Origin: an uncultured Ruminococcus sp.
Lineage (GTDB): Bacteria > Bacillota > Clostridia > UBA1212 > UBA1255
Length of the DNA: 30,789 nt
NCBI GenBank assembly: GCA_902782885.1
Contig: CACZOW010000065.1
Location: 1-30,789, forward strand
Reading direction: 5' to 3'
Numbering within the stretch: the stretch's first letter is position 1; each line of letters begins with the position of its first letter. The position numbers were made by a program, and so were the translations under genes. Below the pieces are notes generated by a model. It was not told where the DNA came from. It saw only the letters and a program-made list of their open reading frames with translations, and did not search any database. Below are positions 1 through 7,973 of the stretch, piece by piece.

Positions 1-53
1 ACTTTTTTAATAGTTTTATACCAGAGGAGCCCGAAAAAAATGAGCGAGAACGC

Positions 54-168
54 GGAGCGGCCGGCGAGATCCCGGCCGCGGATCGGGTCAGATGGAGCGG
101 CCGACCTCATCGAGCGTGAAATCCCGGCCGCGAATCGGGGCAAATGGAGCGGCCGACCTCATCGGGCG
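54..168. repeat. Imperfect GC-rich tandem repeat, 52-bp period
   Basis: 69-116 and 121-168 are 48-bp copies identical at 44/48 positions. GGAGCGGCCG occurs at 54, 94 and 146. Confidence 0.85.
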
Positions 169-307
169 ATCCCAGCCAGCGCGGCAGGCAGGGCGCCTCA
201 AGCCGGGGAAAGGACCTTACCGTCAAATGCCTCCCGGAATATTGGCACCGGCAGAACAAATCGAAAAGTTAACGTAAAGTTAAATCCCGCCCGCCTTAAA
301 AAATAAC

Positions 308-336
308 TTGAACAAGTTCAGTCTTGATGATATAAT
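308..336 (+). promoter_or_regulatory. Sigma-A-type promoter of the hydrogenase operon
   Basis: TTGAAC (308-313), 17-bp spacer, TATAAT (331-336) with an extended TGn. AGGAGG RBS at 368-373 precedes ATG 382. Confidence 0.75.
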
Positions 337-381
337 AACCAGAGTGCTTGTGGCATTACAAAACATTAGGAGGTTATCAAC

Positions 382-861
382 ATGGGTGTGGATTGCGGAT
401 GCTGCTCTGACGAGAGAAGCAAGAAGCTGCTTGAAGTAATTGAAGCCGAAAAGAACAACCCGGGCTCCCTCATCAAGATCCTGCATGAGGCGCAGGAGAT
501 CTACGGGTATCTACCCATCGAAGTACAGCAGTTTGTATCGGATAATACCGGCATTCCTCTGGCGGAGATCTACGGCGTTGTTACGTTCTACGCACAGTTT
601 TCACTTAAGCCGAAGGGACAGTACAAGATCAATGTTTGTCTCGGAACGGCCTGCTACGTTAAGGGCGCCGAGGGCGTGCTTGACAGACTTAAAAAGGAAC
701 TTAAGATGGACGTGGGCGATTGCACCGAAGACGGAAAATTCTCCCTTGACGCCTGCCGCTGCGTTGGCGCCTGCGGACTTGCCCCGGTCATTATGATAAA
801 CGACGACTGCTACGGCCGTCTTGTGCCTGACCAGATCCCCGGGATCCTGGCTAAGTACTGA
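382..861 (+). CDS. hydC: NuoE-like [2Fe-2S] subunit of multimeric [FeFe]-hydrogenase (HydC/HndA)
   Basis: GVVTFYAQF motif; Cys pattern VCLGTACYVKG...CRCVGACGLAPV; strong RBS; operon context. Confidence 0.93.
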   Translation: MGVDCGCCSDERSKKLLEVIEAEKNNPGSLIKILHEAQEIYGYLPIEVQQFVSDNTGIPLAEIYGVVTFYAQFSLKPKGQYKINVCLGTACYVKGAEGVLDRLKKELKMDVGDCTEDGKFSLDACRCVGACGLAPVIMINDDCYGRLVPDQIPGILAKY

Positions 862-872
862 TACCGTTTCGC

Positions 873-1433
873 ATGCTCAGAGATATTTCACTGCACATTC
901 ACGACCTCAGCGAGAATTCCATCACCGCGGGGGCAACGCTGATCCGGATCTCGCTCTCCGCGGAGGACGGCATCCTGACGTTCAGGCTTTCGGACAACGG
1001 CAAAGGCATGAGCCCGGAACTGCTTGCCCGTGTGGAAGACCCTTTTACCACCAGCCGCACAGAGCGCAAAGTGGGTATGGGGATCCCGTTCTTCAAGCTG
1101 GCGTGCGAGCAGACCGGAGGCGCTTTCAAGATCGAGTCTGAGCCCGGCAAAGGCACGGTGCTCACCGGAAAACTCGTGATCGGAAATATTGACCGCATCC
1201 CGCTGGGAGACGTGGGGGAGACCGTATCGATGCTGATACTGGAGAGCCCGGACACGCGCTTCGTAGTGGAACTTGCCGCCCGCGGCGATTCTTTCGTGCT
1301 GGACACGGATGAAGTGCGGGAACAGCTGGACGGTGCGCCGATCAGCGATTTCGAGATACTGCAGTGGATAAAAGAATACGTTAACGAAGGTGTCCTTAAT
1401 ATATTCGGAGGTGTACTAGATGAAATCACTTGA
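873..1433 (+). CDS. Stand-alone histidine-kinase-like ATPase (HATPase_c/GHKL) protein
   Basis: N-box DLSENS, G1 DNGKGM, F-box DPF, G2 GMGIP, G3 GKGT. No HisKA or sensor domain is visible. Confidence 0.85.
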   Translation: MLRDISLHIHDLSENSITAGATLIRISLSAEDGILTFRLSDNGKGMSPELLARVEDPFTTSRTERKVGMGIPFFKLACEQTGGAFKIESEPGKGTVLTGKLVIGNIDRIPLGDVGETVSMLILESPDTRFVVELAARGDSFVLDTDEVREQLDGAPISDFEILQWIKEYVNEGVLNIFGGVLDEIT

Positions 1434-1788
1434 GGAACTGAGAGCCCTGAAGGCTAAAGTTAAAAATGATATGACTTTGAGAGACGGCGGCGAAGATACG
1501 AGAGTCGTTGTCGGCATGGCTACCTGCGGTATTGCCGCCGGTGCGCGTCCCGTCATGAACGCTTTCCTCGAAGAAGTCAGCAAACGCAACATCAAAAACG
1601 TCCAGGTCACGATGACCGGCTGCATGGGACTGTGCAGACTTGAACCCATCGTGGAAGTCATCGACAAAGACGGCAACAAAGTTACGTACGTAAAGATGAA
1701 CGCCGAAAAAGCGGTGCGCGTCGTTGCGGAACACCTGGTCAACGGTCAGGTAGTAAACGAATATACCATCGGAGCGGTTGCTCAGTAA
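1420..1788 (+). CDS. hydD: Thioredoxin-like ferredoxin subunit (HydD/HndB)
   Basis: VGMATCGIAAGA...TGCMGLCRLEP...VTYVKM; GGAGG RBS inside the upstream gene, which it overlaps by 14 bp. Confidence 0.85.
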   Translation: MKSLEELRALKAKVKNDMTLRDGGEDTRVVVGMATCGIAAGARPVMNAFLEEVSKRNIKNVQVTMTGCMGLCRLEPIVEVIDKDGNKVTYVKMNAEKAVRVVAEHLVNGQVVNEYTIGAVAQ

Positions 1789-1803
1789 TTTGGAGGGAAG
1801 ATT

Positions 1804-3597
1804 ATGCAAATCTACAGATCACACGTATTGGTTTGTTCCGGTACGGGATGTACTGCTTCGGGTTCCGCCGGCCTGTTCGATGAGTTCGAAGCCCAGCTCA
1901 AAGCGCAGGGCCTTGAGAACGAAGTCAAAGTCGTAAAGACCGGCTGCTTCGGCCTTTGCGCCAAGGGACCTATCGTGGTTGTGTATCCGGAAGGTTCCAT
2001 GTATTGCCAGGTCAAGAAAGAAGACGTGGCCGAGATCGTTTCAGAGCACCTGCTCAAGGGCCGCATCGTGAAACGTCTGCTGGAGAGCAACAGCGAAGAA
2101 CAGAATGTTCAGGCGGATGCCGAAAAGACGGATTTCTTCAAAAAACAGCTCAGGATCGCGCTGCGCAACTGCGGCCGGATCAATCCTGAAAATATCGACG
2201 AGTACATCGCTCAGGACGGTTACGAGGCTCTCGGCCGCGTGATCACCAGCATGACTCCCGAACAGGTCATCGACATCATGCTGAAGTCGGGACTGCGCGG
2301 CCGCGGCGGCGCCGGTTTCCCCACCGGACGCAAATGGGATTTTGCCCGCAAGAGCGTGTCCGATAAGAAGTATGTATGCTGCAACGCCGACGAAGGCGAC
2401 CCCGGTGCTTTCATGGACCGTTCCGTTCTGGAAGGTGATCCGCATGTAGTGCTGGAAGCTATGGCTATCGCCGGCTACGCCATCGGATCTGACCAGGGTT
2501 ATATCTACGTCCGTGCCGAGTATCCCATCGCGGTCAAGCGTCTTGAGATCGCTATCGCGCAGGCTAAAGAGTACGGCCTCCTGGGCAAAAATATCCTGGG
2601 CACCGACTTCTCCTTTGATATCGAGCTCCGCCTCGGCGCCGGCGCCTTCGTGTGCGGCGAAGAGACCGCGCTGATGACCTCCATCGAAGGCCATCGCGGC
2701 GAGCCCAGACCCAGACCTCCGTTCCCGGCGGTCAAAGGTCTGTTCCAGCAGCCCACGATCCTCAACAACGTCGAGACTTACGCCAACGTGCCGCGCATCA
2801 TTCTGAACGGTCCCGAATGGTTCTCCTCCATCGGCTCCGAAAGATCCAAAGGCACCAAGGTGTTCGCGGTCGGCGGTAAGATCAACAACACCGGTCTTGT
2901 CGAGATCCCCATGGGCACCACGCTGCGCGAAGTCGTTTACGATATCGGCGGCGGCATCCCCAACGGCAAGAAATTCAAAGCCGCCCAGACCGGCGGTCCT
3001 TCCGGCGGCTGCATTCCCGCCAGCCTGATCGATACCCCCATCGAATATGATACGCTGATCGAGATCGGATCCATGATGGGTTCCGGCGGTCTGATCGTTA
3101 TGGACGAAGATACCTGCATGGTAGACCTGGCCAAGTTCTTCCTTTCCTTCACGGTAGAGGAGTCCTGCGGCAAATGCCCGCCGTGCCGTATCGGTACCAA
3201 GCGCATGTACGACATCCTTGAAAAGATCACCAGCGGCAAAGGCGAACTTTCCGATATCGACGACCTGTACGCCCTGGCCAGCGCGATCAAAAACTCCGCG
3301 CTGTGCGGCCTCGGTCAGACAGCACCGAACCCGGTGCTCAGCACGCTGCGCTACTTCAAGGACGAGTATATTGCCCACGTCGTGGACAAAAAGTGCCCCG
3401 CCGGCGTCTGCAAGAATCTGCTTCAGTACAAGATCATTGCCGACAAGTGCAAGGGCTGCAGCGCCTGCTCCAGAAAGTGCCCCGTGAACTGCATCAGCGG
3501 CGAGCTCAAGAAGCCTTTCGTCATTGACCAGTCCAAGTGTATCAAGTGCGGAACCTGTATGGATACCTGCAAGTTCGGCGCTATCGTTAAGGAATAA
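1804..3597 (+). CDS. hydB: NuoF-like FMN/NADH-binding diaphorase subunit (HydB/HndC)
   Basis: GLRGRGGAGFPTG, NADEGDPGAFMDR, GAFVCGEETAL, GGPSGGC, ESCGKCPPCRIG; N-terminal [2Fe-2S] Cys set; two C-terminal [4Fe-4S] motifs (CKGCSACSRKCP, CIKCGTCMDTC). Confidence 0.95.
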   Translation: MQIYRSHVLVCSGTGCTASGSAGLFDEFEAQLKAQGLENEVKVVKTGCFGLCAKGPIVVVYPEGSMYCQVKKEDVAEIVSEHLLKGRIVKRLLESNSEEQNVQADAEKTDFFKKQLRIALRNCGRINPENIDEYIAQDGYEALGRVITSMTPEQVIDIMLKSGLRGRGGAGFPTGRKWDFARKSVSDKKYVCCNADEGDPGAFMDRSVLEGDPHVVLEAMAIAGYAIGSDQGYIYVRAEYPIAVKRLEIAIAQAKEYGLLGKNILGTDFSFDIELRLGAGAFVCGEETALMTSIEGHRGEPRPRPPFPAVKGLFQQPTILNNVETYANVPRIILNGPEWFSSIGSERSKGTKVFAVGGKINNTGLVEIPMGTTLREVVYDIGGGIPNGKKFKAAQTGGPSGGCIPASLIDTPIEYDTLIEIGSMMGSGGLIVMDEDTCMVDLAKFFLSFTVEESCGKCPPCRIGTKRMYDILEKITSGKGELSDIDDLYALASAIKNSALCGLGQTAPNPVLSTLRYFKDEYIAHVVDKKCPAGVCKNLLQYKIIADKCKGCSACSRKCPVNCISGELKKPFVIDQSKCIKCGTCMDTCKFGAIVKE

Positions 3598-3609
3598 TGG
3601 AGGCCGATC

Positions 3610-5364
3610 ATGAATACAGTAAATATTAAAATCGACGGTGTTGCTCTGACTGTGCCGGCCGGCATTACCGTGCTGGAAGCCGCCAGAATGGCCAACATCA
3701 CTATCCCGACCCTTTGCTTCCTGAAAGACATCAACCAGATCGGCGCCTGCCGTATGTGCGTGGTGGAGATCAAAGGCGCCAGAGCGCTGCAGGCAGCCTG
3801 CGTATATCCCGTGTCTGAAGGCCTTGAAGTCATCACGAACTCGCAGAAGGTGAGAGACGCGCGCAAAGTAACGCTGGAACTGATCCTGTCCAACCACGAC
3901 CGTCAGTGCCTTACCTGCGTGCGTTCCGAGAACTGCGAACTGCAGAAGCTGTCCAAGCAGCTTAATGTGAAGGATATCCGCTTCAAAGCGCTCACCGATA
4001 AAGAGACGCTGCCCGTCGACAATAGTTCCGCGAGCATCGTGCGCAACAACAACAAGTGCGTGCTCTGCCGCCGCTGCGTCGCCGTCTGCCAGAAAGTACA
4101 GACCGTGTCCGTTATCGAGACCATCGAGCGCGGCTTCCGCACCCGCATCGGCTGTGCCTTCGACAAGCCTCTGGGTGAAACGTCCTGCGTCAACTGCGGC
4201 CAGTGCATCGCGGTCTGCCCCGTGGGCGCGCTTACCGAAAATACGCACATCCCGCAGGTTTGGGACGCAATCGCCGATCCCGACAAATACGTGGTGTTCC
4301 AGACCGCTCCCGCGGTGCGCGCCTCCATCGGCGAAGCTTTCGGCCTGGCTATCGGCGAACGCTGCACCGGCAAGATGGTATCCGCGATCCGCAGACTGGG
4401 CGTGGACAAAGTGTTCGACACCGATACCGGCGCCGACCTTACGATCATGGAAGAAGGCACTGAACTGCTCAACCGCATCAAGAACGGCGGCAAGCTGCCT
4501 CTCATCACTTCCTGCAGCCCCGGCTGGATCAAATTCTGCGAGCACAACTACCCCGACTTCCTTGACAACCTTTCTTCCTGCAAATCTCCTCACGAGATGT
4601 TCGGCGCGGTGCTTAAAACCTACTACGCGCAGAAGATGGGGATCGATCCCGCGAAGATGTTCGTTGTCTCCGTAATGCCCTGTACCGCCAAGAAGTTCGA
4701 GGCGCAGCGCGAAGAAATGAAGAACTCCTCCGGGTACGTGGACGTTGACGCCGTGCTCACCACCAGAGAACTGGCCAGAATGATCGAAGAAGCCGGAATC
4801 GACTTTAAGGCTCTGCCCGATACCGATTTCGACGATCCTATGGGCAACGCTACCGGCGCCGGCGTCATCTTCGGCGCTACGGGCGGCGTAATGGAAGCCG
4901 CGCTGCGCACCGTTGCCGACGTGCTCACCGGCGAGTCCGCTCCCATGGAGAAGATCGACTACCATGCCGTACGCGGCATCGAAGGCATCAAAGAAGCCGA
5001 AGTCGAAGTCGCGGGCATCAAAGTCAGACTCGCTGTCGCCAGCGGGCTGGGCAACGCGCGTAAGCTGCTCGATTCTATCCGCGCCGGCAAGGCACAGTAT
5101 GATTTCATCGAGATCATGGCCTGCCCGGGCGGCTGCGTCAACGGCGGCGGCCAGATCATCCAGCCCTCCAGCGTACGCAGCTGGACCGATCTGCGCACCG
5201 AACGCGCGAAGATCCTTTACGATGAGGATAAAGCGCTTCCGCTCCGCAAATCGCACGACAACCCGATGATCAAGGAACTGTACGCCGAGTTCTACGGAAA
5301 TCCCGGCAGCGAGAAGGCGCACCACGATCTGCACACGCATTACATTGCGAGAGGCAAGTATTGA
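3610..5364 (+). CDS. hydA: [FeFe]-hydrogenase catalytic subunit, group A (probably A3)
   Basis: H-cluster motifs TSCSPGW, MPCTAKKFE and EIMACPGGCVNGGG; N-terminal [2Fe-2S]; His-ligated HDRQCLTC...C; two [4Fe-4S] motifs (CVLCRRC, CVNCGQC). Confidence 0.96.
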   Translation: MNTVNIKIDGVALTVPAGITVLEAARMANITIPTLCFLKDINQIGACRMCVVEIKGARALQAACVYPVSEGLEVITNSQKVRDARKVTLELILSNHDRQCLTCVRSENCELQKLSKQLNVKDIRFKALTDKETLPVDNSSASIVRNNNKCVLCRRCVAVCQKVQTVSVIETIERGFRTRIGCAFDKPLGETSCVNCGQCIAVCPVGALTENTHIPQVWDAIADPDKYVVFQTAPAVRASIGEAFGLAIGERCTGKMVSAIRRLGVDKVFDTDTGADLTIMEEGTELLNRIKNGGKLPLITSCSPGWIKFCEHNYPDFLDNLSSCKSPHEMFGAVLKTYYAQKMGIDPAKMFVVSVMPCTAKKFEAQREEMKNSSGYVDVDAVLTTRELARMIEEAGIDFKALPDTDFDDPMGNATGAGVIFGATGGVMEAALRTVADVLTGESAPMEKIDYHAVRGIEGIKEAEVEVAGIKVRLAVASGLGNARKLLDSIRAGKAQYDFIEIMACPGGCVNGGGQIIQPSSVRSWTDLRTERAKILYDEDKALPLRKSHDNPMIKELYAEFYGNPGSEKAHHDLHTHYIARGKY

Positions 5365-5413
5365 TCCGATCATACATCTGATCGCAACGCGCCCTCGGAT
5401 CATTGACTAAAAC

Positions 5414-5445
5414 AAAACCCCGGAGATCTTTTCTTCGGGGTTTTT
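5414..5445 (+). terminator. Intrinsic terminator of the hyd operon, possibly bidirectional
   Basis: AAAACCCCGGAGA-loop-TCTTCGGGGTTTTT stem followed by a T-tract, 50 bp after the hydA stop. Confidence 0.85.
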
Positions 5446-5479
5446 CTAAAACCGCACGGGCATGACAGAGGAATTGACA

Positions 5480-7246
5480 ATGATAAACAAGAAAACTGCT
5501 CACGATAAAATTACTGTTGCCGCCGCGCTGCTGCTGGCGGTGCTGATCGCCATCCCGCTTTTTGCGCCTGTGACCGGACGGACAGCCTTCGCCGCGGATA
5601 CCGGACGGCGCATGAGTGTGTCGAAGACCGAATTTGAGTACGGGGAACCGATCCTGATAACGGCCGAAGGGACCGGGAAGGACTGGGTCGGACTGTACCG
5701 GCCCGACGGCAAAGCATCGCTGCTGTGGGTGTATATCGACCGCGCCGCAGGGGGCGTCGGTTCCGGAACGGAATTTGACATATTGACCGAAGGCGTGATA
5801 AACGACGGCTCGGAGTATGTTGACGTTACGCCCGGAAAATACGTCCTTCGCCTGATGCCGGATGATACGTCCGACCTGTCGCGGGCGATCAAAACGGTCG
5901 AGATAACCGTAATAGAGAAAAGCGGTGCGCCGGCGGCTCCGGCAGTCATCGAATCGGCGGAATATGCGCCTTCCGGTGCGGGCTTCGGCGGCGGGACGCT
6001 AACCGTAAAGCTGGAAGACGGCACTTCGGCAGCGGCGGTAGTACCTTACTGGGCAAACGACAGCGGCATTCTGGAAGACTATACTTCGCTTCCGAAATTC
6101 AGGATCCGCGGCGGCAAAGCAGCGTACACGTATCCGGAGTCGATGATAATACCGGCCGGCGCCACCGAACTGCGTTTATTTACCGCGGATAAGAAGGGCA
6201 AACTCTCCGAAACATTTTATTCAATACGGCTCCCCGAAGGCAGCGCGTTCCGGCTGCCCGAAACGGAGCCGCTGGAATTCCAGGTCATCAGCGATATCCA
6301 TATAACCAAAAACGACGCTCACATACACAACACTCATTTCCTCGGAGTAATGACAGACATCGCGATATTGTCCCCGAAAAGCAAGGGCATATTCGTGGTA
6401 GGCGATATGGCGGACACGGGCAGTGAAGAAGAGTATGCAAAAATGAAGCAGATCCACGACGCTGTGAAGGACCTGCCGCCGCTGTACCTCGCCATAGGCA
6501 ACCACGATCTGTACGGAGGCTCGCTTCAGGACCAGAATGAGCTTTTTCTGAAATATGCCGTACTGCCCGGCGGCGGCCGGCCGGGATCGGTCCATTATGA
6601 CTTCCGGCTCGAAGGCTATCATTTCGTGTTTTTAGGCAACGACGGTCTCGAGAGGGGTGTCGATACCACCCTCGGCGAAAACACGCTTAAATGGCTCAGG
6701 AAGACCCTCGACGAGGGCCGTAACAAGTCGCGGCCCGTGTTTCTGTTCATTCATCAATCGCTATACGACACCGTCGCGGGAAGTCTGCCGGGGCAGGGCT
6801 GGAACGGCGTGGTCAATGACGCCGAATTCCGCGACATCCTGTTCCGTTATCCCGAAGTGATAATGTTCAACGGACACAGTCACTGGACGATGGATTCCGA
6901 AAGCAATATGTGGCACGAACCGGACAGACCGTACATTTTCAACACGGCGTCGACCGCCTATCTCTGGACGAGCTACAATATTGTCACCGGCGAGAATCTC
7001 GACGGCAGCCAGGGGTATTACATATATTTGTATGAGGACATGGTCGTTGTCCGCGGGCGCGATTTTGCCTCGGGGAAGTGGATCCCCGCGGCGCAATACT
7101 GCCTTACGGGCTATACGGGCGGAAGCAAAACACCGCATGCCCGCACGCGGAACCTGACAATAATAATCATCTGCGCGGCAGCCGCCATTGCAGCGCTTAC
7201 CGCCGGGATTATAATGGTTGCATTCAGGAAGCGAAAAAGAGTATAA
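5480..7246 (+). CDS. Exported, C-terminally membrane-anchored calcineurin-like metallophosphoesterase
   Basis: All five MPP motifs present (SDIH, GDMAD, GNHD, IHQ, GHSH). N-terminal signal peptide; C-terminal hydrophobic helix followed by RKRKRV. Start placed at ATG 5480 after GAGGAA, not at 5462. Confidence 0.85.
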   Translation: MINKKTAHDKITVAAALLLAVLIAIPLFAPVTGRTAFAADTGRRMSVSKTEFEYGEPILITAEGTGKDWVGLYRPDGKASLLWVYIDRAAGGVGSGTEFDILTEGVINDGSEYVDVTPGKYVLRLMPDDTSDLSRAIKTVEITVIEKSGAPAAPAVIESAEYAPSGAGFGGGTLTVKLEDGTSAAAVVPYWANDSGILEDYTSLPKFRIRGGKAAYTYPESMIIPAGATELRLFTADKKGKLSETFYSIRLPEGSAFRLPETEPLEFQVISDIHITKNDAHIHNTHFLGVMTDIAILSPKSKGIFVVGDMADTGSEEEYAKMKQIHDAVKDLPPLYLAIGNHDLYGGSLQDQNELFLKYAVLPGGGRPGSVHYDFRLEGYHFVFLGNDGLERGVDTTLGENTLKWLRKTLDEGRNKSRPVFLFIHQSLYDTVAGSLPGQGWNGVVNDAEFRDILFRYPEVIMFNGHSHWTMDSESNMWHEPDRPYIFNTASTAYLWTSYNIVTGENLDGSQGYYIYLYEDMVVVRGRDFASGKWIPAAQYCLTGYTGGSKTPHARTRNLTIIIICAAAAIAALTAGIIMVAFRKRKRV

Positions 7247-7325
7247 TATAATTTGGTAGTCAGCAGGGCATTGCGATATGCCTTGCCGCGGTATACCGGG
7301 AAACGTTTGAACACAGGAGGTGGGA

Positions 7326-7955
7326 ATGATGAAAAAAACGGCAGCAGAAGCCGGACTTTCGCCGAATTTGGCCAAAGAGACGCTGAAGCCTTCCGCGTTT
7401 TTGAATCCTGTTCCCGTCGTCATGTGTTCTGCGCAGCACGCGGGTATATCCGATATCATTACGGTGGCCTGGTGCGGCACGGTCAATTCCGATCCGCCCA
7501 TGATCTCCGTTTCTGTCAGGAAGAGCCGTTTTTCCTATGATCTGATCAAAAACAGCGGCAAAGTCTGCGTCAATCTCGTTTCGGAAGCGCTGCTCGGCGC
7601 CTGCGACCTGTGCGGCGTCAAGTCCGGCAGAGACGTCGACAAATTTGCCGCGACCGGGCTCACTCCGGTCAGTTCGCCGATCCACGGGATACCGATGATA
7701 GGCGAGGCACCGGTGAATCTGGAGTGTTCCGTTGACCGCGTTATCGAACTGGGCTCGCACGACATGTTTCTGCTTAACGTTGACGGCGTATATGTTTCAA
7801 GATCGATCATTGACGCCGGGGGCAAAGCGGATCTCAAAAAAGCGCGGCTGGTGGCGTACTGCCACGGCGAGTACTACGCACTGGGTAAAATATTGGGATT
7901 TTTCGGTTATTCCGTCGCGGGCGCGGACGCGCTGGCCCGGCGGACAAGAAGGTAA
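7326..7955 (+). CDS. Flavin reductase-like / flavoredoxin-family FMN-binding protein
   Basis: NPVPVVMC, ITVAW..VNSDPPMISVSVRKSR.SY, CG..SGRDVDKF, LEC.V...ELGSHDMF. AGGAGG RBS at 7315-7320 favours ATG 7326. Confidence 0.85.
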   Translation: MMKKTAAEAGLSPNLAKETLKPSAFLNPVPVVMCSAQHAGISDIITVAWCGTVNSDPPMISVSVRKSRFSYDLIKNSGKVCVNLVSEALLGACDLCGVKSGRDVDKFAATGLTPVSSPIHGIPMIGEAPVNLECSVDRVIELGSHDMFLLNVDGVYVSRSIIDAGGKADLKKARLVAYCHGEYYALGKILGFFGYSVAGADALARRTRR

Positions 7956-7973
7956 AGCATAGAGGTATCACAA

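Noticed and set aside
266-285. Rex operator
   Set aside because: GTTAA and TTAA are separated by 7 nt rather than 4, and the TT/AA outer bases are missing.
40-306. 88-aa ORF with a possible RBS
   Set aside because: It is built on the tandem repeat, has low-complexity R/P/A composition and no homology I recognise. Mentioned only within the repeat finding.
5362-5402. Extra inverted repeats after hydA (TGATCCGA/TCGGATCA, CGATCA/TGATCG)
   Set aside because: Short, mutually exclusive stems next to a clear terminator; at most an ordinary 3'-stabilising structure.
2041-5403. 1120-aa antisense ORF, and similar long minus-strand ORFs over other genes (8004-9110, 12645-13856, 16362-17543, 25829-26842)
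   Set aside because: They shadow well-supported genes on the opposite strand, have no recognisable motifs, and are expected from codon bias in GC-rich genes.
7264-7287. GCAGGGCAT/ATGCCTTGC hairpin before the flavin reductase gene
   Set aside because: No U-tract and no riboswitch motif (no FMN/RFN consensus); function unsupported.
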